Of a DNA stretch of 64,000 bases, positions 19,523 to 30,600 are shown in pieces. Under the pieces are notes generated by a model. It was not told the origin of the DNA, made no database searches, and worked only from the letters and a program-made list of their open reading frames with translations. The stretch is from a virus. The DNA lies in the IMG/VR virus record IMGVR_UViG_3300046373_000172, positions 23,476 to 87,475 of that record; one strand, given 5' to 3'. How positions within the stretch are numbered: position 1 is the first letter of the stretch; each line of letters begins with the position of its first letter. Position numbers and translations under genes: made by a program.

Positions 19523-21680
19523 CTCCGTACACCTGGAAAATTTTCGTAAGCACGCCGACCGTACTGTCACGTTCGGACCTGGTATTAACGCGATCCGAGC
19601 CGCAAACGAAAATGGCAAAACGACAATACTTACCGCCATCGCCTACGCCCTGTTCGGCACCACCGCGCTCGACGAGTCGCTGGACGACGTTGTAACTTAT
19701 GGTGTGCCTGTCGGGAAACTAAAAGTCACCGTCGCCTTCGACATGTATGACGTCGACTATATCGTCACCCGCGGCAAGGCCGGCGCCGAACTCTTGGCCA
19801 ACGGCCAGGTGCAGGTCACCGGCCAGCGCGAAGTGACCAAGGCGATCGAGGCGCTGTTCGGCGCCAACGCCGACATGGCCGGCAAGCTGATGATCGCCTC
19901 CCAGTCGTCGCTGCGCGGCGCGCTGGCCGACGGGCCGAAGGCGGCGGGAGAATTAATTGAATATTTGGCCGACTTCGACTTGATCGACCGCGTCATCAAC
20001 TTGGTCCAGTCCAAGCTGGTGAATGGCGCCACGACCAGCGTCGAATCCCGCATCGCGCTGCTGACGACGCAGGCGGAAGAGAAGGCGCTGATCGGCTTGG
20101 CACCGCTGGAGGCGGAAGTGGCAAAAGCGGAAGCCGGCGCGGCGACGGCGCACGTAGCGCTCACGAAGCTGCTGGAGCAGAGCGAGGCGCTGGACGTCAA
20201 CGCTGCGAACACGGTGCTGGCTGACCAGAAACGGCTCCAGGCGTCGATCGACCGCCGGACAGTGGAACTGGCCGCGCTGGACGCCAAACTCGCTGTGGCG
20301 CTGCCTGTGGCGCCGGCGGACGAGGAAGTGGCGGCGCTGCGCATCAAGGTCGAGCAGCAGAAGGACTTGGCGTCCGCCTTGGCCCTGAAAGCCGAGTTGG
20401 TGCGCGCGCCGACGGCGGTGCTGTGGGACGAGCCGCTGGAGAACCTGCACGCCGAGATCGCCAAGGCGCTCGACGCGGTGAAGGCGACCGAAGCGGACCA
20501 TGCGCAGGCGGACGCCGCGCTGCGCAACGCCGAGCGCGCGGCGGCCCGCTTCAAGTCCGACCAGGCCTTGGAGATCGCCCAGCTGGAGGGCCGGCTGATC
20601 AAGGACGAGTCCTGCGCCTTCTGCGGCAAGGACTTGAAAGACATCCCGGAAGTGGCGTTGAACAACAACCCGCTGTACGCCAAGATCCAAGTGGCCAGGG
20701 CGGCTGTGGCGCCAACGACCGAGAAAGAGCAGGCCTGGCTGACCAAGGCGCAGCTTGCCGACTCGAAGTCGCGCACCTACCTCCTGGATCTGCGCGACGT
20801 CGACCAGGCCAACGCCAAGGTGTCCCAGCTTTACGCCCGCGCCGAGCGCTTCATCAAACTCGACACCAGCACGGTGCCGGCGCAGTGGACCTGGATCGGC
20901 CCGACCGGCGCCCCGCAGGACTTCGCCGGCGACCTGGCCAAGTTGGAAGCCCAAGGTCGGGCGGCTGTGGCCGGCGCGGCGGCGCGGCGGGAGCAGACCG
21001 GGCAACGCATACAGCTCGCAGGCCTGATGACCCATGACGAACTGGAGCTGGAAGACCTGAAGACGGTGGAAGCTCAGGCCACGCTTGACACAGCCGCCGC
21101 GCTGAAGCCCCTGCTGGTCGAAGCACAGACCCTGCTGAAGGCGGCGAACGCAGCGGTCGAGGAAGCGCAAGGTGACCTGAACATCGCCCGCACGGAAAAT
21201 CACTACGCCCTCAAGGGTCAGGCCGAAGCCAAGGTGCAGCTGGCTGCCGCCCAGGCTGAGATGCTGGAGATGCAGGCCAACAACGTGCTGATCAAGAAGG
21301 TGCGCGGCGCCCGCGCCACCATCACAGACAAACTGTGGAACATCACGCTGGCGGCGGTGTCGCGCTACGCCGGCCAGGTGCGCGGCGAGGTGTCGACCAT
21401 CACCCGCGGCGAGGGCGGCTTCCGGATCAACGGCAACCCGGTCGCCGGCTTGTCCGGATCGGCCAAGGATGTGCTGGGCTTGGCCATCCGGATCGCGCTG
21501 ACCAAGACCTTCATCCCGGCCACGCCGTTCATGATCCTTGACGAAGCGGCAGCGGCCTGCGACGATCAGCGTGAGATCGCCATGCTTGGCCTGCTGGCCA
21601 CGCTGGACTTTGACCAGGTGATCCTTGTGACGCACTCGGACCTGGTCGACGCCTATGCACAGAACGTCATCACACTTTAA
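19515..21680 (+). CDS. SbcC/Rad50-like SMC ATPase
   Basis: NENGKTT, coiled coils, zinc hook CAFC, signature LSGS, Walker B ILDEA, VTH. Confidence 0.92.
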   Translation: MLNSVHLENFRKHADRTVTFGPGINAIRAANENGKTTILTAIAYALFGTTALDESLDDVVTYGVPVGKLKVTVAFDMYDVDYIVTRGKAGAELLANGQVQVTGQREVTKAIEALFGANADMAGKLMIASQSSLRGALADGPKAAGELIEYLADFDLIDRVINLVQSKLVNGATTSVESRIALLTTQAEEKALIGLAPLEAEVAKAEAGAATAHVALTKLLEQSEALDVNAANTVLADQKRLQASIDRRTVELAALDAKLAVALPVAPADEEVAALRIKVEQQKDLASALALKAELVRAPTAVLWDEPLENLHAEIAKALDAVKATEADHAQADAALRNAERAAARFKSDQALEIAQLEGRLIKDESCAFCGKDLKDIPEVALNNNPLYAKIQVARAAVAPTTEKEQAWLTKAQLADSKSRTYLLDLRDVDQANAKVSQLYARAERFIKLDTSTVPAQWTWIGPTGAPQDFAGDLAKLEAQGRAAVAGAAARREQTGQRIQLAGLMTHDELELEDLKTVEAQATLDTAAALKPLLVEAQTLLKAANAAVEEAQGDLNIARTENHYALKGQAEAKVQLAAAQAEMLEMQANNVLIKKVRGARATITDKLWNITLAAVSRYAGQVRGEVSTITRGEGGFRINGNPVAGLSGSAKDVLGLAIRIALTKTFIPATPFMILDEAAAACDDQREIAMLGLLATLDFDQVILVTHSDLVDAYAQNVITL

Positions 21681-21688
21681 GGAGAATT

Positions 21689-21889
21689 ATGAGCATCCCA
21701 CAAGACGGCTGGATCCCTTCCGCAGAATGGTGCGCCAAGTACAAGGAGGCCGCGCCGACCGTCCGGCGCCGGGTGCAGGATGGCGCCTGGAAGCGCGGCG
21801 TGCACTGGGCGGCGCCGGACGGCGGTTGCTCCTACGTGCACGAGCCGCGCTGCCGGCAGTGGTTGATCGAACGAGGTAAGCTGAAATAA
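21689..21889 (+). CDS. small excisionase-like winged-helix DNA-binding protein
   Basis: AAGGAG RBS; WKRGVHW..PDG pattern. Confidence 0.6.
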   Translation: MSIPQDGWIPSAEWCAKYKEAAPTVRRRVQDGAWKRGVHWAAPDGGCSYVHEPRCRQWLIERGKLK

Positions 21890-21921
21890 ATAAAGCCCGC
21901 GAAAGCGGGCTTTATTTATTT
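21884..21921. terminator. bidirectional intrinsic terminator between convergent modules
   Basis: 17-bp perfect inverted repeat AAATAAATAAAGCCCGC-GAAA-GCGGGCTTTATTTATTT. Confidence 0.95.
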
Positions 21922-22431
21922 ATTTATGGCTTGCTGCTGGCCGAAATAGAAAGCCCGCCACCCAAGGGCTTGCTCACGCCAGGCTCGGCACGACGTGGCG
22001 TTGTGGGTTTCGGTCTCGGCAATGGCAGAGATCGGAATGCCGGCGGGTCCACGGTCAGACTCGGCGGCGGGTCCATCAAGGTCACCTGCCCAGGCGGCGT
22101 TGTATGCGCGCACCCAGCCAACGTTGACGCCATACATAGCATCGTCAGTGGGGACCACCAGGTCGTGAATGATTTGCACACTTTTCTCTCCCTGCACGTA
22201 AATTTTCTGAATCCGATCCCGATACACAGTCTCGGTCTTCGTCACCACTTTCACCTGAGCCTGTGCGATGCGCGTCGTCTCCGTCGCCTGCTTCATCACG
22301 TACTCAGTGTGCTTCTCGCCGGCGCGGCGCTCGCCTTGCAGGTTGCCCAGACCCCAGGCCGCCGTCACGATAACGGCCAGCGCGGCCCAGCGTGCCCAAG
22401 GTGGGAGGACGATCCCGGTGAGGTTCACCAC
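21916..22431 (-). CDS. Rz-like inner-membrane spanin
   Basis: N-terminal TM helix; directly downstream of endolysin. Confidence 0.8.
   Translation of the reverse strand: MVNLTGIVLPPWARWAALAVIVTAAWGLGNLQGERRAGEKHTEYVMKQATETTRIAQAQVKVVTKTETVYRDRIQKIYVQGEKSVQIIHDLVVPTDDAMYGVNVGWVRAYNAAWAGDLDGPAAESDRGPAGIPISAIAETETHNATSCRAWREQALGWRAFYFGQQQAINK
21924..22181 (-). CDS. Rz1-like outer-membrane lipoprotein spanin nested in Rz (start uncertain)
   Basis: lipobox LAGC then Pro-rich sequence, in an alternate frame fully inside Rz. Confidence 0.7.
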   Translation of the reverse strand: MCKSFTTWWSPLTMLCMASTLAGCAHTTPPGQVTLMDPPPSLTVDPPAFRSLPLPRPKPTTPRRAEPGVSKPLGGGLSISASSKP

Positions 22432-22940
22432 AGCACCTTGCGCGCCGCGTCGAACAGCGCCAGGCGCTCGGCCAAGCCGCGCGTGCCTCCGTTGATGCGC
22501 CGGGTCACCTTGACCTGGTCGCCGGTGTCAGCCAGCGCGTTCAGGTTCTTTGTGTCCCAGAACCAGCCGGCGCTGCGCGCGGCGTACTCTGGCAGTTCCA
22601 GCAGTTCCGGGTGGCTGATCAGATCGAGACCAAGGCTGAAGCCGCACGCCTTGTAATTGTCGCGGCCGGTCACCTGCAGCAGGCCGCGGCCCTTGTAGCG
22701 GCGGCCGTCGCCGGGCTGCGTGTTGCCCAAGTCGAGGCGGCCTTCATAAGCGTCGCCGACGGCCAACTCGCGCACCCAGCGCAGCTGACCGGACTCGTGC
22801 GCCACCTGGGACAAGAACGAGGCCTGGCGCGCGGGCGTGCTGATGTGGAACTCGATCATGGTGTCGTTCAGCGGCGCCAGGAACAGGCCGGCCCGGTTGC
22901 CGGCCAGCGGCATGATCGCGCGCAGTTGGTCGAGCGTCAT
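22425..22940 (-). CDS. glycoside hydrolase family 19 endolysin
   Basis: FLSQVAHESG, YKGRGLLQVTGRDNY, SAGWFW, TRRINGG. Confidence 0.93.
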   Translation of the reverse strand: MTLDQLRAIMPLAGNRAGLFLAPLNDTMIEFHISTPARQASFLSQVAHESGQLRWVRELAVGDAYEGRLDLGNTQPGDGRRYKGRGLLQVTGRDNYKACGFSLGLDLISHPELLELPEYAARSAGWFWDTKNLNALADTGDQVKVTRRINGGTRGLAERLALFDAARKVLW

Positions 22941-23218
22941 GCTGGTTTCCGGCGGTCGCCAAGCAGGAACAGCGCGATGCCGACGGCGAACAGGCAGATG
23001 AAGATGTCGGACATGACGAAGCAGGACAGCAAGCCGCAGGCGCCGGCCGTGGCCAGCACGACATAGGCGGCGCTGATGGTCAGCGTGGCCTCCTCCGACA
23101 TCTTGGTCAGGGCGAACACCGCGTGGCCGGTGATGAACAGGCACGCCAAGGCCTGCAGCACCACAGTGAAGTGGTGCATCGTGGGCGTCAGATTGATGAG
23201 TTGTTCAAGGGTTGGCAT
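22937..23218 (-). CDS. three-TM membrane protein (holin or antiholin)
   Basis: three hydrophobic helices; GGAGA RBS; adjacent to endolysin. Confidence 0.7.
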   Translation of the reverse strand: MPTLEQLINLTPTMHHFTVVLQALACLFITGHAVFALTKMSEEATLTISAAYVVLATAGACGLLSCFVMSDIFICLFAVGIALFLLGDRRKPA

Positions 23219-23227
23219 GTCATTCTC

Positions 23228-23548
23228 CTATTTCAGCCAAGGTAGTTGGATGTCTTTCAAACGGTCCACGAGGGCTAGGAGGGCAGGGATGGCGCGCATC
23301 GCCACGAGGCCTGTGGCGAAGATGACAGCGTTGTCTAGGCTGTCGGGTGCTCCGGTAAAGTGCACGATCAAGGGCGCTACGTAAATGGCCGCGATACCGC
23401 CGGTCGCAAACGACAACGCCGCTTGGGTCTTGGTCAGCTCCTTGGCATAGCGCAAGGAGATGGCCGAGCCCGCGAACGCCGCGATCAGGGCGGCGTACTT
23501 GATGCCGGCGATGCTGTCGGGCGTCGGCTGTTCCATCGAAGGCTCCAT
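23228..23548 (-). CDS. putative holin
   Basis: TM segments AALIAAFAGSAISL, FATGGIAAIYVAPLI, AVIFATGLVAM. Confidence 0.75.
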   Translation of the reverse strand: MEPSMEQPTPDSIAGIKYAALIAAFAGSAISLRYAKELTKTQAALSFATGGIAAIYVAPLIVHFTGAPDSLDNAVIFATGLVAMRAIPALLALVDRLKDIQLPWLK

Positions 23549-23597
23549 GACTGTTAATTTGTGGAACATTGTAACGTAAATTGCCTGTGGTTAACAG

Positions 23598-24029
23598 TCA
23601 GCTGAAGAACAGACGGCGCAGTACGAGGTTTTCGTACGACAGCACCGGCGTCGTCAGGACGAAGGCTTTCAGGGCCGCATCCACACCCGGCAGGTCCTTC
23701 GACACCAGCAGGTCGAGCGAGGCGGCGACGTCGGGCCGCTTCAGGTCGACCCAGTTGCGCGCCATGACGTTCTTCACCACCGCCTGCACCTCGTTGTCGG
23801 TGCTGGCCAGCACCGACATGGCCGCCGCGCCGAAGCGGTCGAAGAACGATCCGATGTCGATCAGCCACTCCGTGGGGTTGGGGGTGACGACGTGAAACTC
23901 ACGCGCCGGATCAACAAAAATCGTGCTGCCCACCTGCCAGCCGTACTGGTCTTCGACGTACGTGATAAGGTCAGGGCTCTCGGCGAGCACCTGTTCACCA
24001 CGCCGCAGTTTGTAAATTACGGCGTCCAT
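23598..24029 (-). CDS. tail-fibre-associated protein
   Basis: TAATG coupling to fibre gene; IDIGSFFDRF...VDLKRPDV pattern. Confidence 0.65.
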   Translation of the reverse strand: MDAVIYKLRRGEQVLAESPDLITYVEDQYGWQVGSTIFVDPAREFHVVTPNPTEWLIDIGSFFDRFGAAAMSVLASTDNEVQAVVKNVMARNWVDLKRPDVAASLDLLVSKDLPGVDAALKAFVLTTPVLSYENLVLRRLFFS

Positions 24030-25663
24030 TAGCTCATCCCCAGGAGTTGTGCAATCGTGCCGGCGACCGTTCCGCGCGTGCCGGGGATGACGTTGGCCCG
24101 GTTGTCGAAGTTGCCTCCCTGGGCGTAATCGGTGTTCAGGGTGTAAGTACCCTTCGTACCGATGCGGCACTGCGCGCCCTTAGCCACGGTTTCCAAGGCC
24201 ACGCCGAGTACAGATCGGCGCATGACCTTGTAGACACCGAACTTTGGACCGACACCCGAAGTCGCTCCGACATAACTGAGGGCCAGCAATCCGCTGGAGG
24301 TCAACACGATGCAGGCGTCTGCCATCGAGACGCTTGTGCCAGATTCAAACTGCGCGGCGTTGGGCGATGCGACTCCGGTAGGAGATACGCTGATGAGCCG
24401 AACGTCATAGAATGAGTTGGCATTGTCCCAGCCCACAGTCAACATGGCAAAGCCTGCCGCGCCCAGGCTCACCAGTAGGGTTCCGCAGTTGGACCGGCCG
24501 ACCGAACTCCCACCAGAGCCACCAATCCCGAGCGTCGTAGGAGGGAATATCGTGCCTCCGTTATTGTCAAAAATCGCCAGGCTCTGGTAATTTGCGGATT
24601 GGCGATTAGCGACACCAAACCCCGACGAGGTAACTGCCAACGATGCCCACTCGCCGGGCATGCTGACGAGGGTATTTGTGCCCAGGTCTACAGTTGTAAG
24701 GAGGGAGCCAGCCGAGCTATAGACCAGTAAGTCAATATACCCATCTGTTGTTCCTGTAACCTGGAATACCAAGTTGCCGTTGGTCAGCTCGACGCACATC
24801 TGCTCGTAGTTGCCGCCCCCGTCAGCAGCCTGGCCGGCGTTAGACGCGATTCGCAGAGTGGTCACGGCGCCTTGCAAAGTGCCAGAGGCGTTATACCTCC
24901 CGAAGCGGTATGCCTGGTCAGCGGAACGGGCGTAGGCAATCACAAAACCGCCTGCTGCCAGCGGCCGGACACACACGCCGTTGGCACTGCCACCTCCCAC
25001 ACCCTCTATGAGTGTCTCCACTCCTTGGAGAGCACCGGAAGAGTTAAAGCGGCTGAAGGAAAACGCTCCACCAGTCTTCAGGTACGCAATAGCGATGTCG
25101 CCGTTGGCAAGCACGTCAAAATTCCACACGTACTCTGCCGCCGCGCCAAGTGTTGCCACCGCCGCCACGGCCACGGCAACCGTACCGTCGTTGTTGTAGA
25201 TAGCCAGTTTTAAGCCGGTACTCTCCTGCCACACAATGGCAAAAGTAGTGGCATTGATCTTCTGTACCCGATAGCCAGAAATCCCCGAAGAAGAGCTGAT
25301 GGTTGCTCGTGCGACCGTCCCACCTAGCAGACTCTTGATCCGAAGATTCAGTGCCGTGGTCGCTGTCGTACCATCTCCAGAGTACGTATAGGCAATGTTG
25401 CCATTGCCAAGTTCGCACATGGTCCGGGCGCGCCCGTAGCGCTTGCCCCAGTTTCCGCTAGCTTCGGACAGTGTAGGGGTAGCCACAACCTGGACGCCTG
25501 CCGTCGTGTTGTTCTCGTTGGCCATCCCGGCAATTGGGGATGTAATGACTGCCACCCCCGACTCCGAATTACTCAGGAGGTCGCCTGCCGTGGTCGCCTG
25601 CCCTACTACAAGACGGAACGTCCCTTGTGGGTCCGCGTTTACAAAGTCCAGCATGTCGCTCAT
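24029..25663 (-). CDS. putative receptor-binding / tail fibre protein
   Basis: beta-rich Gly/Ser/Thr sequence with repeats such as FSRFNSSGALQG and FGRYNASGTLQG; visibly lower GC. Confidence 0.7.
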   Translation of the reverse strand: MSDMLDFVNADPQGTFRLVVGQATTAGDLLSNSESGVAVITSPIAGMANENNTTAGVQVVATPTLSEASGNWGKRYGRARTMCELGNGNIAYTYSGDGTTATTALNLRIKSLLGGTVARATISSSSGISGYRVQKINATTFAIVWQESTGLKLAIYNNDGTVAVAVAAVATLGAAAEYVWNFDVLANGDIAIAYLKTGGAFSFSRFNSSGALQGVETLIEGVGGGSANGVCVRPLAAGGFVIAYARSADQAYRFGRYNASGTLQGAVTTLRIASNAGQAADGGGNYEQMCVELTNGNLVFQVTGTTDGYIDLLVYSSAGSLLTTVDLGTNTLVSMPGEWASLAVTSSGFGVANRQSANYQSLAIFDNNGGTIFPPTTLGIGGSGGSSVGRSNCGTLLVSLGAAGFAMLTVGWDNANSFYDVRLISVSPTGVASPNAAQFESGTSVSMADACIVLTSSGLLALSYVGATSGVGPKFGVYKVMRRSVLGVALETVAKGAQCRIGTKGTYTLNTDYAQGGNFDNRANVIPGTRGTVAGTIAQLLGMS

Positions 25664-26592
25664 TTAAGTCTCCATTCAGTGCCGTTGTACCAGACCCGGA
25701 ATCTCGCGCCCGGGATCCGGCATGTCATGTCCTGGGCCAGGCCCATAATGTTCTTGCCATTTCTGGCGATCGTCAGAGCGTTGGTGCCGAAGGTCCCGGC
25801 CATGTCCTCGAATTCATACTCGTCGTTCGCCGCCGGCGTCGCCGGCATAGTCATGGTGATCGGGCCAGTGCGGGTGTCGACCGAGGTGCGCTTATAAAGC
25901 ACTGCACCGGACGTGGTGGCAGACGTCTGGCCAGACTTGAGTAATAGCGACACCGTCGCGTCTACGTCCACCGTTAGCGTGCGCGCTGTCGTCGAGCCGC
26001 CTGTCGCGGTAAACCCGGTCGTCAGCGGCGTGATGCCGGCGCCGGGCGGACCTTGGATACCAGCGATCGACAAGTTCCAGTCGTTGAAGGTGCCGGAGCC
26101 GCCCGTCATCGTGACGTTCAAGACCAAGGTGGTGCCCGAGTACGACACCACCTGGCCGGCCATGTAATTCGAGTTGTTCGCCCGACTCACGCCGGTGATG
26201 AACACACCGCTGGTGTACTGCTCGCCGGTCTGCGTGACGAAGGTCTTGTTGCCGGTGCCGATCAGCAGGTTCGACGCCGACGTGCCGACAAAGGCGCCGG
26301 CGATCGCCGCGGCGCTGGCGGCCGACGCCGCGGCGGCGATGGCCTGGTTGGTGGCGATCGTCGCTTGGGCTGTCGCCGTGCCGGCATTCGTGCTGGCACT
26401 AGAAGCCGACGCCAGGGCGGAATCCCTAGACGCGGTGCACGACGCCTCCAGCGTGGTAACGTTGGATTCAAGCGTATTGAGCTCGTTCTGCAGCGTCGGC
26501 AGCACAGCCATGAGCCCGGCGACGTTCGTGTCGAACGTGTCCTGGTCCTGGTTGCGATCCGGCAGGGTGGCCGGTAGGGAATTAACAGGCAT
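25660..26592 (-). CDS. tail fibre anchor / minor tail protein
   Basis: Ala/Ser coiled coil, IGTGNKTF...GSGTFNDWN, C-terminal VDTRTGPIT...TIARNGKNIMG module. Confidence 0.75.
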   Translation of the reverse strand: MPVNSLPATLPDRNQDQDTFDTNVAGLMAVLPTLQNELNTLESNVTTLEASCTASRDSALASASSASTNAGTATAQATIATNQAIAAAASAASAAAIAGAFVGTSASNLLIGTGNKTFVTQTGEQYTSGVFITGVSRANNSNYMAGQVVSYSGTTLVLNVTMTGGSGTFNDWNLSIAGIQGPPGAGITPLTTGFTATGGSTTARTLTVDVDATVSLLLKSGQTSATTSGAVLYKRTSVDTRTGPITMTMPATPAANDEYEFEDMAGTFGTNALTIARNGKNIMGLAQDMTCRIPGARFRVWYNGTEWRLK

Positions 26593-27644
26593 TACACTTT
26601 TCCTTCAATTTGCAAGGCCATGTTGGACTTGGTGGGGAACGCGATGACATTCTTGAAACTGGAGAAGGTCCCGTACATCTGGGTCCACTCGGACTCTTTC
26701 CAGCCGATCCAGACCACCGGCGTCTGCTTGATTTTGGACAACATGTTCTGTACGGAATCTATCACATCGTTGCCCAGTTGTACATCCACCGACATCCGTT
26801 TGGCGAAGCCGCGCTCCACGGTTTCGCTGGTGCCGTCGACGTTGAAGCGGGTCGTCGAGTAGTCTTTCATCTCGGTCGTCAAGCCGTACTGGGACAGGCC
26901 CAGGCTGCGCACCGGGCCGATGCAGCACATGCCGCACGACGCCGTGCCGCCCGGTTTCCGGATCTCGATCGAGATCGTGGCGCCGATGTAGGCCGGCAGC
27001 GTGATCGAGAAGGCGGTGGTGCGGCGCACAATCTCGTTGAACGACCAGCCCCAGAAGCTGCTGGCGCTGTTCGACTGGACCAGGTTGTAAGTCTCGTCGG
27101 ATACCAAGCCGGCCACCGGGTCGGTCATCGTCACCTGGATCTCGTCACCTTCGACCACGCCCAGGTAGAAGCCGGTCACCATCGAGGTCGATTTCAGGGT
27201 GATCGAGATGGCGTCGGCGCGCGACGTCAGCGTGCTGTTGATGCCGTCGAACATGGCGCGGCGGTTGGTCACCCCAAGCCGGGTCCACTTGAGGGTGTCC
27301 GTCAGCGGCTGATTGAGGTTGCCGGCCACGTTCGACTTGTACAGATCGTGCACGTTGGTGCCGATGTTGGTGACGATGTCGCCCAGGGCGTAGGTGCTGG
27401 TGGTGGAATATGGCGCGTAGACCGTGGCCACCGGCTTCCACCAGGTCGGAGACGACGCCGGCGGGTGACCGTTGTTCGCGTTGTTCAGCGACTGGTAGAT
27501 GACCTGCAGGGTGCCAGTCAGGACACCCACCAAGGTGTCGACCGTGTAGGTGGTGCCCAGCACGAAGGCCGGCGCCAGCGTCTCCGGCACGTTGCTGGTC
27601 AACAGCACCGAATCCGAGATGGTGAGGGGTTGGATCACGTACAT
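26592..27644 (-). CDS. tail tip protein with two CBM5/12-like repeats
   Basis: follows tape measure; TTYTVDTLV..YQSL..WW and STYALGDIV..YKS..KW. Confidence 0.7.
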   Translation of the reverse strand: MYVIQPLTISDSVLLTSNVPETLAPAFVLGTTYTVDTLVGVLTGTLQVIYQSLNNANNGHPPASSPTWWKPVATVYAPYSTTSTYALGDIVTNIGTNVHDLYKSNVAGNLNQPLTDTLKWTRLGVTNRRAMFDGINSTLTSRADAISITLKSTSMVTGFYLGVVEGDEIQVTMTDPVAGLVSDETYNLVQSNSASSFWGWSFNEIVRRTTAFSITLPAYIGATISIEIRKPGGTASCGMCCIGPVRSLGLSQYGLTTEMKDYSTTRFNVDGTSETVERGFAKRMSVDVQLGNDVIDSVQNMLSKIKQTPVVWIGWKESEWTQMYGTFSSFKNVIAFPTKSNMALQIEGKV

Positions 27645-27645
27645 G

Positions 27646-30600
27646 TTATACCTCGGTCCTTTCGTGCGGCAGGCCAGCTTTGTCCCAGCTGTCTTCGATG
27701 TCTTCTATGTTTTTCAGGCTCTTGGCCATGGCGTAGGTGCCTGCCGCAGCCTCTTCCCGGAAGCGCGAGATCTCGCCCAGGACACGCTCCATCAGCGCTT
27801 CCATCGCGCGGTTCGACGAGCCACTGCTGTAGTCGCGGAAGGCTTGCGCGGCGTGCGCCGGCAGCACGGCTTCGCCGGCGTGCAGGTTGGCGCGGTAGTT
27901 GTCGCGCGGGACCGACCACAGGCCGGATGCGTGCGAGCCGTCCGGGTTGAAGAACAGGTACTGCGCTGCCCCAAGTTCGCCGGCCGTGATTCCGGCTATG
28001 CCCGCCGCTTCGCGGTTGGCGGCCTTGGAACTGCCGCCGGCCTGCAGGATCGCCAGCGCGGCGGCCGTGTTGGTGCTGGACGCCGCGGCGCCGAAGATCC
28101 AGGTGGCGCCGTTGGTGCCGGCCGGCGTCGTGACAGCGGGCGTCGTCGGGGTCACCGGCGTGCTGGTGCCGCCCGTCGACGGGATCACCGTCGGCGTGGA
28201 CGTCACGGGCAGGCCGGTCGAGCCACCGCCGGTGACGATCGGGGTGCCGGTCTTGGCGGCCGACACAGCGCCGATCGCCGCCAACACCGAAATGTTGTAG
28301 GCGACCAGCGCATCCTTGATCGAGCGGACCTCGACGAAGGTGCCGTTCATCACGTCCAGCTGATCCTGCGCAGCCTTGATCTGGTCGTCGTAGCCCTTGA
28401 CCTCCAGGTCGTACGCCTTCTGCAACTCGTCGAGCTGCTTCTGGAAGCCGTCGTCGCTGGCGGTGGTCTGCTTCTTCAACTCCTCCAGCTGGTCCTTGGC
28501 CACCTTCAGGTTCTTGTCCGAGGTGTCGACGGCGCCTTTGGTCAGGTCGTTCAGCTCGGTCAGGTTGTTCTTCGTGACCTGGAAGTCGTACAGATAATCG
28601 CTGTACGACTTGAACATGTCTTCGCTCGGCGCGGCGACCGCCTTCAGCGCGCCGGCCAGCGCTTCCGAGTCCGGCGCCACGCCGGTGGTCTTGAAGGTCG
28701 TCAGCGCGGCGGCGATCTTGGCCTGGCCGGCGATGCGGTCGGCCACGGCTTCGGCCTGCACCGACATGCCGTCCAGGGTCGACTTCAAGGCGCTGGCCAA
28801 GGTGGTCAGCTTCTTGTTCTCGTCGTCCTTGACCGTGATCGCATCTTCCGACGATTTCACTTGCAGGTCCAGACTGTTCTTGGCGGCCGTCTTCTGGTCG
28901 TTCAAGACCTTGACCTGCGCGTCGTACGCCGTCTTGGCCGCGTCCTTGCCGGTCGTGATGGCCTTGTTCAGCACCGCAAAATCGGCCGAGGCCTTGTCCT
29001 TCAGCTTGGTCAGCAACTCCGTGGCGTTCCACAGGATCTGCGTGGCGGCGGCGACGGCCGGGTTGAGCAGCTTCAGGGCGGCGGTGTGCTGCTTCTGCAG
29101 CGTTGCGGCAGCAGCAGCGGTGTTGCCAGTAGCCGCGTACAACTGCGACTGCAGGTCCAGGATCGAGTTCTGGTCGGCCAGCGCTTCGGCGGCGGCGGCG
29201 GCGGCGGCCTGCACGTCCCACATCTTGCGGGTCGCGTTGGCCAGCGCCGGCGTCATCTCCATCAGCGCAATCTTGTGCTGCTGCTCCGTGACGTAAGCCA
29301 GGTTCGCTTTGTCGTTCAGCGCGGTGTACATCTGCGCCTGGGCGTCCAGGATGCCGTTGGTCTCCTGCTGCTGCTTGGCCAATTCCTTGGCGTAGTCCTG
29401 CGCGGCCCAGGTGATCTTCAACTGGTCCTGCACGGCCTGGGTCGAGTGCTCCAGCTGGAAGGTGCGTTGCTTCTCCAGCACGATAGCCTGGCCGATCAAG
29501 CTGTTGCTGGCCACGTACTGATCCATTTGCAGACCCAAAAGCGTGCTGGTCTCTGCGTCCTTTTCGTTCTTCGCCTTGAGCGCGATTTCCGCGTCGTTCG
29601 CAGCGCGCGCGGCGGTCTTCAGCACCGGCGTCAGGTCCTTGATCGAGATCTCGAACTGCTCGTGCGCGACCTTGGCCGCCATCACTTTATCGTTGGTGGC
29701 GGCGTACAGGCGTGCCTGGAATCCCAGGAGCGTGTTGTGGTTCTCCATCCGGGTGTTGGCGGCCGTCTGCTTGGCCTCGGCCTCGTGCGCTGCGTTGGCC
29801 CAAGCCCGGATGTTGTCCGGCAGATCGGCCACAGACGCTTCGAACTGCTTCTGCGCGACGGCAGCGGCCAGCGCTTTCTCGCCAGTGGCGGCGTAGAGTT
29901 GCGCCTGGTAGCCCAGGATCGAGTTGTTCTTGGCCGTTTCTTCGTTCGCCGCCTTGGTGGCGAGTTTGGCGTCGTTCGCCTTGGTCGCCATCACTTGCAG
30001 GTCTGGTGCCAGGTCCTGGATCGACTGGTTGAACTGGACCTGCGCGACCTGCGCGGCCAGCAGCTTGTCGCCGGTCGCCTCGGCGTATTGGCCCATGTAA
30101 TCGAGCATGCTGGCGGTGTGCGCCAGTTCGGCGTTGCGCGCCTTCTCGGCCTTCTCGACGGCCCACAGGTCTTTCGACGCGGCCTGCAGGGCGGGCGACA
30201 TGTCTTTCAGCGCGATCGTGTGCTGTTCTTCCAGCACGCGCGCGGCGCCGGCTTCGTCTTTCAGCGTGCCGTACATCTGGGCCTGCAGACCCAGCACCGT
30301 GTTGTGGTCCTCGGTCGCCTTCTTCTCGGCCAGCTTGATTTGCAGGCTATCGTACAGCGCAACATTGGCGCTGTTGATCGTCAGCCGCTCTTTGTCCTTC
30401 AGCTGCTGCGACGTCATCGTGGCTTCGTCGTACTGATCCTGCAGGGTTTTGCCCTGGTCCAGGATCTCGACCATCGTCATGGCGGCAGCGCCCGTGGCGG
30501 CAATCGCCGGGTGCAGCTGTGCAAAGCCGTCCTGCAACTGCATCAGCGAGTTGAAGGTTTTCACTTGCGAGGAGTCTGTCAGGTCCAAGCCGGACACCAG

